A DNA stretch of 58,647 bases from Vulcanimicrobiota bacterium (GTDB taxonomy: Bacteria > Vulcanimicrobiota > Vulcanimicrobiia > Vulcanimicrobiales > Vulcanimicrobiaceae). This document shows positions 27,392 to 37,000 of the stretch, one piece after another (position 1 is the stretch's first letter; each line of letters begins with the position of its first letter). The notes under the pieces were generated by a model. The model made no database searches. It was given only the letters and a program-made list of their open reading frames with translations, and had not been told where the DNA came from. Made by a program: the position numbers and the translations under genes. Location: NCBI GenBank assembly GCA_964658425.1, contig CAZZYZ010000001.1, positions 1 through 58,647 of the forward strand. Direction: 5' to 3'.

Positions 27392-29046
27392 GCGCGGCGT
27401 CGCGCGTTCGCGTCGCCGTATCCGCGCTCGCGATTTTCTTCTCGTGGTGCGCGCTCGTACGCACGCCGATGCCGTCGAGCGCCTCGGCGAACGATGCACC
27501 CGCCGCGCCGATCGTTGCGCAAACGGTGTTGCGGTCGATCGCCTTCGTGCCGCTCGACGATCGGCCCGTGACGTTGCAGTTGCCGATCGATCTCGGCACG
27601 ATCGCGGGGCAGCCGGTGCTGACGCCGCCGCGTGCGACGATCGGTAACTATCTGCGGCCAGGCGACGGCGATGCGATCCTACGGTGGCTTACCTCCGATG
27701 CGACCCGCGGTGCGAGCGCGCTCGTCGCGTCGACCGACATGATCGCGTACGGCGGCCTCGTCGCGTCGCGGATACCCGGCATCGCTGCGGACGATGCGTA
27801 CGTACGCCTTCGCGCGCTCGCGGATCTCAAAGCGTCGCGCGAGCTCGGGTTCGTCGGTGCGTTCGCGACGGTGATGCGGCTCGCTCCGACGGGCGTTCCG
27901 CGACTCGGTTTGGCAATGAACTATTATGCGACCGGGCGGACGGTCGATGACCTGCAGGCGTATGCGAACCTCCCCGACCCGCCGGCTTCGGCCGCGGACC
28001 GCGGGAAGGCGACGCGCTTGCGCGCGGCGATCGGCCCGACCGCGCTCGACGCCTATCTCGCGACGCGGCGCCGAAATCGCGCCGTCGACACCTTCGCGCT
28101 CGAGCTCGCGTCGCGCGGCGGTTTCGATCGGCTCGTCATCGGCCAGGACGATGCGGGGCCGGTCGGCCTGCACCTCAGGGACGTCGCGGCCCTCGAAGGG
28201 ACGGCGCGGGATCTCGGCCTCGGCGAGCGTGCCGCGATCGAACCGGGCGCCGACGAACTCGGCATGGTGCTCCTCGCGCAGGCCTTCGCACGCAACGTCG
28301 GCTGGCTGCCGACCGTACGCGTCGTCTATTCGCGGCCCGACGGCGGCGCGGTGAACGATCGCCTCGAATTCGCGCCGATCGACGTGACGATCGCTCGGCT
28401 GATCGCGGGCTGCGGCGCGCGCCGCGTCGCGCGGGACGCCGACGTGACGCTCTACGTACGCGTCGGCGGCACGAACGACGCCGACGAGCGAACGTTCGAG
28501 GACGGCCTGGTCGCCGACGTTCGCGCCGGGCGCAGCGTCACCGTCGCCGATCTCACGTTCCTCGACGGCGAGCCCGGGCCGCAGCAGCGCGAGCTGACCG
28601 AAGCGCTCGTCGCGAGCGGGGTCGCGGGGCGGCTCGACGGTTTCGCGTCGTGGAACACGGATGCGAACACCGTCGGCACGTCGCTCGCGGCCGCGATCGC
28701 GGCGGGCGCGGGGAGGCGCGCGGGGCGATTCGACGCGCGCGCGCTCGCCGCGTTCCTCCTCGATCGCTACGTCGACGATTACGCGTTCCATCAATACGTG
28801 CGGCCCGCGCTCAATCGCACGCTGCGCGCCGACGATATCGATACGACGCTGCTGCTGCCCGAGATCGCACGCGAGGCGGCTTCGCAGAATCGCGGCGATC
28901 TCTGGCCCTACGCGGTCGATTTACTCGCGAGAATTTTTCCGCAATACGGTGACGCCGGGCTCACGATCACGCTGCCGTGGAGCCGGACGTTCGAAACGCA
29001 GATCGACGTCCGCTTACGAGCGGCGAACCCGACGCGGCGCCCGTAA
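27388..29046 (+). CDS. Exported DUF4127-like protein of unknown function
   Basis: GTG 27388 in track ORF 26452-29046 (GTGA overlap with murQ). Signal-peptide-like N-terminus (VAVSALAIFFSWCALV...SASA). The about 550-aa length and the IAFVPLDDRPV motif match my recollection of DUF4127; the family call is from memory only. Confidence 0.6.
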   Translation: MSAASRVRVAVSALAIFFSWCALVRTPMPSSASANDAPAAPIVAQTVLRSIAFVPLDDRPVTLQLPIDLGTIAGQPVLTPPRATIGNYLRPGDGDAILRWLTSDATRGASALVASTDMIAYGGLVASRIPGIAADDAYVRLRALADLKASRELGFVGAFATVMRLAPTGVPRLGLAMNYYATGRTVDDLQAYANLPDPPASAADRGKATRLRAAIGPTALDAYLATRRRNRAVDTFALELASRGGFDRLVIGQDDAGPVGLHLRDVAALEGTARDLGLGERAAIEPGADELGMVLLAQAFARNVGWLPTVRVVYSRPDGGAVNDRLEFAPIDVTIARLIAGCGARRVARDADVTLYVRVGGTNDADERTFEDGLVADVRAGRSVTVADLTFLDGEPGPQQRELTEALVASGVAGRLDGFASWNTDANTVGTSLAAAIAAGAGRRAGRFDARALAAFLLDRYVDDYAFHQYVRPALNRTLRADDIDTTLLLPEIAREAASQNRGDLWPYAVDLLARIFPQYGDAGLTITLPWSRTFETQIDVRLRAANPTRRP

Positions 29047-29409
29047 CGCATAGACGATCGCGAGCGCCGCGTTGAAGGGCATCGGGCCGAGCGTCTTCCA
29101 CGTCGCGACGACGTTGCCGCGCGTGATCTCGACGAGCGGGAGAAGCACGGCGAAGGCTTGATCGAGCGCGATCAGCCAGAGCAGCATGCGATAGCGTCGC
29201 AGATCGTAGAGCAGCAGCACGTAGAGCAACGTGACGACGAGGTACTCTCCGCCCGCGATCGTCGTAAGCGCGGGATCCTTCGTCGGGACGTCCAGCAACG
29301 GGCCGAGCAATTGCTGGAAGAAGAGCGTGAGGACGACGACCGTGAGATCGACGCAGCCGCCGATCGCGATCGCGATGCGCAGCACCGAGAGGCGCGCGAG
29401 CGCCGTCAC
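29014..29409 (-). CDS. Small integral membrane protein (4 TM), unknown function
   Basis: 131-aa ORF with a GTG start overlapping the fabI stop (GTGA). Hydrophobic helices throughout. Confidence 0.6.
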   Translation of the reverse strand: MTALARLSVLRIAIAIGGCVDLTVVVLTLFFQQLLGPLLDVPTKDPALTTIAGGEYLVVTLLYVLLLYDLRRYRMLLWLIALDQAFAVLLPLVEITRGNVVATWKTLGPMPFNAALAIVYALRAPRRVRRS

Positions 29410-30188
29410 GCAGCCGGTTCCGGAAACATCCCCATCGCATGATAGCCCGCATCGACGAAGTGCACGTCGGCGGTGATCGCGGCGGAGAGATCGGAGGCCA
29501 GATAGACGGCCGTCTTGCCCACGTCTTCCGCCGTCACGTTACGCCGCAGCGGAGCCGCGGCCGAGACGCGATCGAGCATCTTGCGAAAGTCCTTGACCTG
29601 GCGCGAACTCGCGGTCGAGATCGGGCCGGCCGAGATCGCGTTCACGCGGATCGCACGATCGCCGAGGTCGAAGGCGAGATAGCGCACGATCGATTCGAGC
29701 GCGGCTTTCACGATGCCGGCGACGTTGTAATTCGGGACGATCGCGGTCGAGCCGAGGTAGGAGAGCGCCATGACGCTCGCGCCGTCCGAGAGCTCGCCGA
29801 CGAGCGCGTTGACGAGCGCGATCAGCGAGAACGCCGAGATGTCGGCCGCGAGCGCGAAGCCCGCGCGCGTCGTCGTATAGACCTTGCCCGCGAGATCTTC
29901 TTTGTTGACGAACGCGATCGAATGCACGAGCGTGTCGAGGCGGCCGTACTCCGCGCGAACGCTCGCGGCGAGCGCGGCGAGCGATTCGTCGGAAGCGACG
30001 TCGCACGGATACGCGCGTCCGCCGAGTTCGGCCGCGAGCTTCTCGACCTCGCCGCGCACGCGCTCGCCCTGATACGTCAGCGCGACCCGTGCGCCGTGAG
30101 CGTGCAACTCGCGTGCGATACCGGTCGCGATACTCCAGCGATTCGCGACGCCCGTCACGAGTGCGATCTTGCCGTTCAACAACTCCAT
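29406..30188 (-). CDS. fabI: Enoyl-[acyl-carrier-protein] reductase (NADH), FabI
   Basis: Internal ATG 30188 (MELLNGKIALVTGVANRWSIA...) of track ORF 29406-30329. SDR fold with FabI-type Y..M...K region. Confidence 0.93.
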   Translation of the reverse strand: MELLNGKIALVTGVANRWSIATGIARELHAHGARVALTYQGERVRGEVEKLAAELGGRAYPCDVASDESLAALAASVRAEYGRLDTLVHSIAFVNKEDLAGKVYTTTRAGFALAADISAFSLIALVNALVGELSDGASVMALSYLGSTAIVPNYNVAGIVKAALESIVRYLAFDLGDRAIRVNAISAGPISTASSRQVKDFRKMLDRVSAAAPLRRNVTAEDVGKTAVYLASDLSAAITADVHFVDAGYHAMGMFPEPAA

Positions 30189-30231
30189 GCCGCGCACTAA
30201 CGACCTCGACGCGCGCGGACCCTTCCCGGCA

Positions 30232-30543
30232 TTACCAGATGCCGAGCAGAACCTTCGCGTCGTCGCTCGCCATCGTGCGCGGGTCCCACGGCGGCGTGAA
30301 CGTGATCTCGACGCTCGCCTTCTCGACACCGTCCATCGAACGAACCTTCGTTTCGACTGCCTCCTTGAACATCGGGCCGACGGGGCACATCGGCGACGTC
30401 AGCGTCATCGTAACGAGGACGTCTTGATTGCGCTCGCCTTCGACGGCGACTCCATACACGAGGCCGAGATCGACGATCCCCATGTGCAGCTCGGGGTCTT
30501 CGACCTCTTTGAGGGCTTCGCGAACTTGTTCTTGCGTCGGCAT
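30232..30543 (-). CDS. DUF59/MIP18-family Fe-S cluster assembly protein (SufT/PaaD-like)
   Basis: 103-aa ORF. DPELHMGIVDLGLVY and TLTSPMCP motifs. Confidence 0.9.
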   Translation of the reverse strand: MPTQEQVREALKEVEDPELHMGIVDLGLVYGVAVEGERNQDVLVTMTLTSPMCPVGPMFKEAVETKVRSMDGVEKASVEITFTPPWDPRTMASDDAKVLLGIW

Positions 30544-30636
30544 GGTTCTTAGATTACCACGCCCGCGTCCGGGACGGCGACTCGCCGCCTCCCCGACATG
30601 CAGGGAGTAGTTCTTGGTTCATAGTACGTAGCGGGA

Positions 30637-30933
30637 ATGGCGCTCCGAAAATCCGATGTTACGACTTCGCGTAGCGAGCCCGATTCGCTCGCGCTCGGTA
30701 ACGATCGTTCCCCGTCGAGCGAATCCCCGAAGCGTTCGCTGAAGATCTCGACCGTCTCCCATACGCTCGAAGAGTCGATCGCGGAACGCCTCCGCTACTT
30801 TGCGTTCCGCGAGCGTATCAGCGAGAGTGCCGTCATCGAGTTCGCCCTGCGGGTGTTCTTCGAAGAGGGCGACGATACGACGCTCGGACAGAAGTTGCGC
30901 GCTGCGGGCGCGGCGCTTCGCCGCAGGATCTGA
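30637..30933 (+). CDS. Small ribbon-helix-helix (CopG/Arc/MetJ-like) DNA-binding protein, paralog A
   Basis: 98-aa ORF. Disordered N-terminus, then a beta-strand + two-helix pattern KISTVSHTLEESIAERLRYFAFRERISESAVIEFALRVFF, and a basic tail. About half the residues over the last about 65 aa are identical to 30959-31258. Confidence 0.7.
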   Translation: MALRKSDVTTSRSEPDSLALGNDRSPSSESPKRSLKISTVSHTLEESIAERLRYFAFRERISESAVIEFALRVFFEEGDDTTLGQKLRAAGAALRRRI

Positions 30934-30958
30934 CGAACGTCACCCCGCGCAAACGGCC

Positions 30959-31258
30959 CTAGTTTTTCCGGCGGCGTCCGGCGCCGGCGCGGCGCAGGAG
31001 GTCTCCGAGCGCCGCATCGTCATCGCTGACCGCGAAAAATTCGCGTAGCGAGTGTTCGATCACCGAGCTCTCGCTCACGCGTTGGAAAAACGCGAACCGT
31101 TCGAGCCGCTCGGCGAGCGGCAGGCTCAGCGTATGCGAGACCTTCGCGACGCTGCTTTTCCGAGAGCTCGGCGGCGTTTCGCCGGCGGAGCGCACGACGA
31201 CACGGTCCGCGTTTTCCGCGGAGACCTCGTCGGGGATCGTGTCATCAGACTTTTTCAT
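30959..31258 (-). CDS. Small ribbon-helix-helix DNA-binding protein, paralog B (convergent with paralog A)
   Basis: 99-aa ORF. AKVSHTLSLPLAERLERFAFFQRVSESSVIEHSLREFF plus tail LGDLLRRAGAGRRRKN, mirroring paralog A (LGQKLRAAGAALRRRI). Confidence 0.7.
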   Translation of the reverse strand: MKKSDDTIPDEVSAENADRVVVRSAGETPPSSRKSSVAKVSHTLSLPLAERLERFAFFQRVSESSVIEHSLREFFAVSDDDAALGDLLRRAGAGRRRKN

Positions 31259-31486
31259 AGTTGGTATTACGTGGTCTTACATACCAGGTAAAAATTAGAT
31301 ATCGTCAACGTCGTTCGCGGACCTGCCGCGGGGCGAAACTCCGAGGGATGCGGCTTGAGTTATGGCGGGTCCGCACGATCTTCTCTCGGCAAGCCGACAA
31401 AGGGTATAGCCCATGAAGCGGCAAGTCGTTCTGAAAGAGGCGGGCGCCGGCCGCGATTCGGTCGGTAATTAGGGAGTCGAAGCAGC

Positions 31487-33988
31487 ATGTCAATGTGGGA
31501 ACCGTTCACCGAGCGAGCGAGGCGCAGCATCGTCCTCGCTCAAGAAGAAGCGCAGCGCCTAGGCAACAACTACATCGGTACCGAGCACATCCTGCTCGGC
31601 ATCATCTCCGAGGGCGAGAGCCTCGCGGCGAAAGTGCTCGAGACGCTCGGCGTCAATCTCGCGAAGGTGCGCCAAGAGGTCGAGGCGATCGTCGGTCGCG
31701 GCGGCCAAACCGTGCAACAGGAGATGGTTTTCACGCCGCGCGCGAAGCGCGTGATCGAGCTCGCCTTCGAAGAAGCGCGTCAGCTCAATCACAACTACAT
31801 CGGCACGGAGCATCTCTTGCTCGGGCTGATCCGCGAAGGCGAGGGCGTGGCGGCTCGCGTCCTGACGAATCTCGGCGTCGATCCCGCGAAGGTACGCGTG
31901 CAAACGACGTCGTTGCTCGGCGCCGAGGGCCAACCCGTCGCGCCGAAGGGCAAATCGAAGACGCCGACGCTCGATGCGTACGGCCGCGACCTCACGACGC
32001 TCGCGCGCGACAACAAACTCGATCCGGTGATCGGGCGCGCGAACGAGATCGAGCGCGTCATCCAGATTCTCGCGCGGCGCACGAAGAACAACCCCGCGCT
32101 CATCGGAGAGCCCGGCGTCGGTAAGACGGCGATCGCCGAAGGTCTCGCCCAGCGCGTCATCAAGGGCGAGGTCCCCGAGCCCTTGCGCGAGCGGCGCGTC
32201 ATCACGCTCGATCTCGCGGGACTCGTCGCCGGCACGAAATATCGCGGCGAATTCGAAGAGCGCATGAAGCGCGTGATGGACGAGATCCGCACCGCCGCGG
32301 GCGAGATCATCCTATTCATCGACGAGCTGCACACGCTCGTCGGTGCGGGTGCCGCCGAAGGCGCGATCGACGCGAGCAACATCATCAAGCCCGCGCTCGC
32401 GCGCGGCGAATTGCAGTGCATCGGTGCGACGACGCTCAACGAGTATCGCAAGCACATTGAAAAGGACAGCGCGCTCGAGCGCCGTTTTCAGCCCGTCATG
32501 GTCGGCGAGCCCTCGGTCGAAGAGACGATCGAGATCCTCAAGGGCCTGCGCGATCGTTACGAAGCGCATCACAAGGTCGTGATCACGGACGAGGCGCTCG
32601 CCGCTGCGGCGAAGCTCTCGGACCGCTACATCTCCGACCGGTTCTTGCCGGACAAGGCCGTCGATCTCATCGACGAAGCGAGCTCGCGCGTTCGCTTGCA
32701 GGCGACGTTGCCGCCGCCCGAAGTGCGCGAGATCGAGAATCAGATCCGCAAGGTGAAGACGGAGAAAGAGGCCGTCGTCAAGTCGCAAGAGTTCGAAAAA
32801 GCGGCCGCGATTCGCGATCGCGAGGAGAAGCTGCGGCTCGAGAAAGCGCGCCTCGAACAAGAATGGCAAGAGCGCAAGGCGCAGGGCGAAAAAACCCTCA
32901 AAGTCACCGAAGACGATATCGCCCACATCGTCAGCGCCTGGACGCGGATCCCGGTCGCGAAACTCGCGCAAGCCGAGACCGCGAAGTTGCTCTCGATGAA
33001 GGAGCAGCTGCACGAGCGCGTCATCGGCCAGGACGAATCGATCGAAGTCGTCACGCGTGCGATCCGTCGTTCGCGCGCGGGCCTCAAGAATCCGAAGCGT
33101 CCGATCGGCTCGTTCATCTTCCTCGGGCCCACGGGCGTCGGCAAGACCGAAGTCGCGCGTAGCCTCGCGGAGTATCTCTTCGACGATTCCGAATCGATGA
33201 TCCGGATCGACATGTCGGAGTACATGGAGAAGTACGCCGTTTCGCGTCTCGTCGGCGCACCGCCGGGATACGTCGGCTACGAAGAGGGCGGCCAGCTCAC
33301 GGAAGCGGTCCGTCGTCGGCCCTATTGCGTCATCTTGCTCGACGAGATCGAGAAGGCGCATCCGGACGTGTTCAACTTGCTCTTGCAAGTCCTCGAAGAC
33401 GGACGATTGACGGACTCTCAGGGCCGCGTCGTCGATTTCAAGAACGCCGTGATCATCATGACCTCGAACGTCGGTGCCGCCGGTATGCAGACGACGACCG
33501 AGATCGGCTTCCGGCCGCAGCGTTCGAGTAACGAGATCGATACGGCCGCCTACGAGCGTATGAAAGGCAAGGTTCTCGAAGAGGTCAAGCATACGTTCCG
33601 GCCCGAGTTCCTGAATCGCATCGACGAGGTCGTCGTGTTCCATCAGCTCGATCGCGGGCAGATCGAGCAGATCGTCTCGCTCGAACTCGATAAGGTCGTG
33701 CGCGAGGTCCGGGCGCAAGAGATGTATCTCGAGGTCGTCGAGGAAGCGAAAGCGCTGCTCGCGCGCAAGGGCTGGGATCCGCAGTTCGGCGCTCGTCCGC
33801 TTCGCCGGGCGATCCAGCGCGAGGTCGAAGACGAGCTCGCGGAGCAATTGATCAAGGGCGTGTTCTCTTCGGGCGATCGCATCCTCGCAGAGATCGATCC
33901 GGACAATCCGGAGAAGCTCCGCTTCTCCAAAATCCCGTCGATGGAGCCGCCCGCGGCGCCGTCTCCGGAACTCACCGTCGGCGGCTGA
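31487..33988 (+). CDS. clpC: ATP-dependent Clp protease ATP-binding subunit ClpC
   Basis: 833-aa ORF with an AGGGAG RBS. Two Clp_N repeats ([10 protein letters not shown] / [10 protein letters not shown]), AAA+ D1 (GEPGVGKT), UVR-like linker ([11 protein letters not shown]), D2 (GPTGVGKT). Confidence 0.96.
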   Translation: MSMWEPFTERARRSIVLAQEEAQRLGNNYIGTEHILLGIISEGESLAAKVLETLGVNLAKVRQEVEAIVGRGGQTVQQEMVFTPRAKRVIELAFEEARQLNHNYIGTEHLLLGLIREGEGVAARVLTNLGVDPAKVRVQTTSLLGAEGQPVAPKGKSKTPTLDAYGRDLTTLARDNKLDPVIGRANEIERVIQILARRTKNNPALIGEPGVGKTAIAEGLAQRVIKGEVPEPLRERRVITLDLAGLVAGTKYRGEFEERMKRVMDEIRTAAGEIILFIDELHTLVGAGAAEGAIDASNIIKPALARGELQCIGATTLNEYRKHIEKDSALERRFQPVMVGEPSVEETIEILKGLRDRYEAHHKVVITDEALAAAAKLSDRYISDRFLPDKAVDLIDEASSRVRLQATLPPPEVREIENQIRKVKTEKEAVVKSQEFEKAAAIRDREEKLRLEKARLEQEWQERKAQGEKTLKVTEDDIAHIVSAWTRIPVAKLAQAETAKLLSMKEQLHERVIGQDESIEVVTRAIRRSRAGLKNPKRPIGSFIFLGPTGVGKTEVARSLAEYLFDDSESMIRIDMSEYMEKYAVSRLVGAPPGYVGYEEGGQLTEAVRRRPYCVILLDEIEKAHPDVFNLLLQVLEDGRLTDSQGRVVDFKNAVIIMTSNVGAAGMQTTTEIGFRPQRSSNEIDTAAYERMKGKVLEEVKHTFRPEFLNRIDEVVVFHQLDRGQIEQIVSLELDKVVREVRAQEMYLEVVEEAKALLARKGWDPQFGARPLRRAIQREVEDELAEQLIKGVFSSGDRILAEIDPDNPEKLRFSKIPSMEPPAAPSPELTVGG

Positions 33989-34012
33989 TCCGCCCCGAGT
34001 GATCGGTAGGCG

Positions 34013-37000
34013 ATGCCCGCGACGCCCGTCGCGGGCATCGCTCCGTTCCGCCGCATTTGGAGAACGATCCTGACCCCTTTCGCGACCTGGCGTGCCCGGC
34101 TTCCCGCTTCCATCGGCTCGTGGTTCGCCCGCGATCTCGTTCGCATCGCCCTCGAACTCGCCGCGGCCAAGCGCGTTTCGCTTCGAACCGTCGAAGATCT
34201 CAAGATCGAATCGCTCGTCAAGGATCCGCGCGGTCCGCGCGAGGTCTCGATCGAGTGGGGCGCCGGGACGGGCCCGCTCGCGCTGCGTGCCGTCTGCTCG
34301 TGCGCCGGCAACGGCATCTGCGAACACGTGATCGCGACGCTCGAGACCGTTCGCTCGCAGACCGAACTCGAAGAATCGGAGCCGGCGATCCCCGAGATCG
34401 ATCTGAGCTGGCTCCCCGCGCCGCGGATCGACGCGCGCCAGGCTCGCGCGCGCAGCGTGTGGCCGGTCTTCACGTCACCCGACGGGCAGACGCTCGCGGC
34501 GACGCTCGTCCTCGATAGCCCGCGCTTGCGGGGTGCGGTCCGCGATGCGGCGGCGATCGCGGCGATGATGGACCAGACGCCGGTCGACGATTGGGACGAA
34601 CTCGACCGCGAACTTTTGCGCGACGAAGCGGTGCAGGAGGCGTTCGCGGGGCGCACGCTGCCGAAGGCGCTCGCACGCGCGCTTTTCCGGCTCGCACGCC
34701 ATCCGCGGTTGCGATTCGATGCCGAACCGACGCTCGGGCGGCACCCCTCGGAACTCCCGGAGTTTCGCGTCGACCTACGCGGGATTACGCTGCGCGCGGC
34801 GCGCTACGGTGCGGCGTTCAGCCCCGTCTTCGCGGGCGCCGACGGCACGAAGATCGCCGCCAAGGAAGTCCTCGTCCTCGACGGGCCGCCCGTCTGGATC
34901 GCGACGCGCGAGGTCGTCTATCTTACCGACGGTACCTTCGACGTGAAAAAGACGATCGCGGCGGCGCGTTCGCTCAACGGCGCGAGCGAGAGCGGGCCGC
35001 CGCTCACGCCGCGCACGATCGCACGCGTCGCCCCGTTCCTGACGCCCGAGGATCGCGGCGCGCTCGGGATCGTCGATGCGAAACGCCCGTCGGGCGAGAT
35101 CGCGCTCGGCTGGACGAGCGGCGCGCTCGTCGCGAACCTGACGTTCATCGACCGCGAGACGGAATCGCGCGCGCCGTATACCGCGCTCGGCGCGATCAGC
35201 CCGCACGGCAAGGGTTTCGTGCGCTTCCCGGGCGAGCTCGCGGCGATGCTTCGCGCGCGGCTGCTCGAAGCGGGGTTCGTACCGCGTTCGAGCGACGGCT
35301 TCGCGCTTCACGGCACCGATCGCGCGGCCGCGTTCGTGCGCGAGACGCTGCCGCTGTGGGACGACCTCGACCGGCGGCTCGACCCCGGCCTGACCGATCT
35401 CGTGCGCGGCGATGTCGAACTCGACATCAACGTCGTCGCCGAGCGGTCGGGCGAAGATTCGGATTGGTTCGAACTCAAGGTCGACGTGTTCGTCGGCGGC
35501 TCGAGCGAGGCGCTCTCGCCGAAGGAACTCGCGGCGCTGCTCTCCTCGAGCGGCCGCTACGCCGAGGTTCGCGGCAAGCTCGTCGACGTCGAGAAGCTGC
35601 GCGCGCGCAACGAGCTCATCACGGATCTCGCCGAACGGCGCCGCAGCGGTCTCGCGGCGCTGCTCGCGCTGCGCGACGAACTGCACGAGAACTTCGGCAG
35701 CGTCTCGCTGCCGCCCGAAGTCGAGAAGATGCGCGAGAAGCTGCGCGACTTCAACGGTATCGCGGTCGTCGAGGCGCCGGAACTCACCGGCGGGTCGCTG
35801 CGCGGCTATCAGCAGCGCGGGCTCGATTTCCTCGCCTATCTCTCGGAGTTCGGTTTCGGCGGCATCCTCGCCGACGAGATGGGGCTCGGCAAGACGATCC
35901 AAGTCGTCAGCTATCTCTTGCGCCGCAAGCAGATCGACGGGCCGTCGCCCTCGCTCGTGATCGCGCCGACCTCGGTCACGCACACCTGGCAGAACGAGCT
36001 CGCGCGCTTCGCGCCCGAACTGCGCACGCTGCGTTTGCATTCGGGCAGCGAACGCGCCGCGCGCTACGACGAGATCCCCAACGCCGACGTCGTCATCACG
36101 TCCTACGCGCTCGCGCGGCTCGACGCACAGCAGCTCTCGCAATTCAATTTCCGCGCGCTGATCTTGGACGAGGCGCAGAACGCGAAGAATCCGTCCTCGC
36201 AGATCGCGCGCGTCGTGCGCGGCCTGCACGCGGAACACCGGCTCGCGCTCACGGGTACGCCCGTCGAGAATTCGCTGCGCGATCTGTGGGCGATCTTCGC
36301 CTTCGTCGAGCCGGGGCTGCTCGGCACCGAAAGCTCGTTCCGCAAACGCTTCGAGATCCCGATCGCGGAGAACGATCCCGTCGCGGCGGCGACGCTTCGC
36401 TCGCGGCTCGAACCGTTTCTCTTACGGCGCACGAAAGAAGACGTCGCGCCCGAGCTCCCGGACCGCACCGAGGTCTCGCTCGCATGCGACCTTTCGCCGC
36501 TGCAGCGCCGGCTCTATCGCGGCGTCGCGGAAGCCGCCCGGCGCGACGTGTTCGCCGTCGTCGAAGAACAGGGCCTCGAACACGCGACCGTCCACGTCCT
36601 CGCGGCGCTGACGCGGCTGCGTCAGATCTGCGCGCATCCGGGGTTGCTCTTCGACGAGTACAAGAACGAGCCCGACGCATCGTCGAAGTTCGAGGCGTTC
36701 CTCGAGACCGTCGAGGAGATTTTATCGGGCGGCCATCGCGTACTCGTGTTCAGCGCGTTCACGTCGATGCTCCGGCTGATGCGCGCCGAGTTCGATCGGC
36801 GCGGCACGGCCTACGGGTATCTCGACGGCTCGACGAAGGACAAGGATCGTCAGGACGAGGTCGCGCGCTTCATGGACCCCGAGGGCCCGCCGATCTTCCT
36901 GTGCTCCCTCAAGGCCGGCGGCGTCGGCCTAACGTTGACGGCGGCCGATTACGTCGTGCTCTATGATCCGTGGTGGAACCCCGCCGTCGAGCGGCAGGCG

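Noticed and set aside
22061-29046. Very long track ORFs (22061-24427, 23383-25602, 24618-26498, 25421-27391, 26452-29046) that suggest 600-860-aa proteins
   Set aside because: Their N-terminal halves are Arg-rich out-of-frame read-through of the preceding gene. The recognisable domains begin at internal ATG/GTG codons that overlap the upstream stop by 4 nt. I trimmed these and other extended ORFs (4990-6432, 7186-8226, 12693-13424, 13348-14886, 20179-20802, 45379-46452, 47159-48910, 52617-54770) accordingly.
31259-31486. CtsR operator (tandem GGTCAAA heptads) or another known heat-shock element upstream of clpC; also track ORF 31305-31493 (-)
   Set aside because: No tandem GTCAAA-type repeat is present. 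There is only an AT-richer stretch with a weak ggtat...atacc inverted repeat. The 62-aa ORF has no coding signature.
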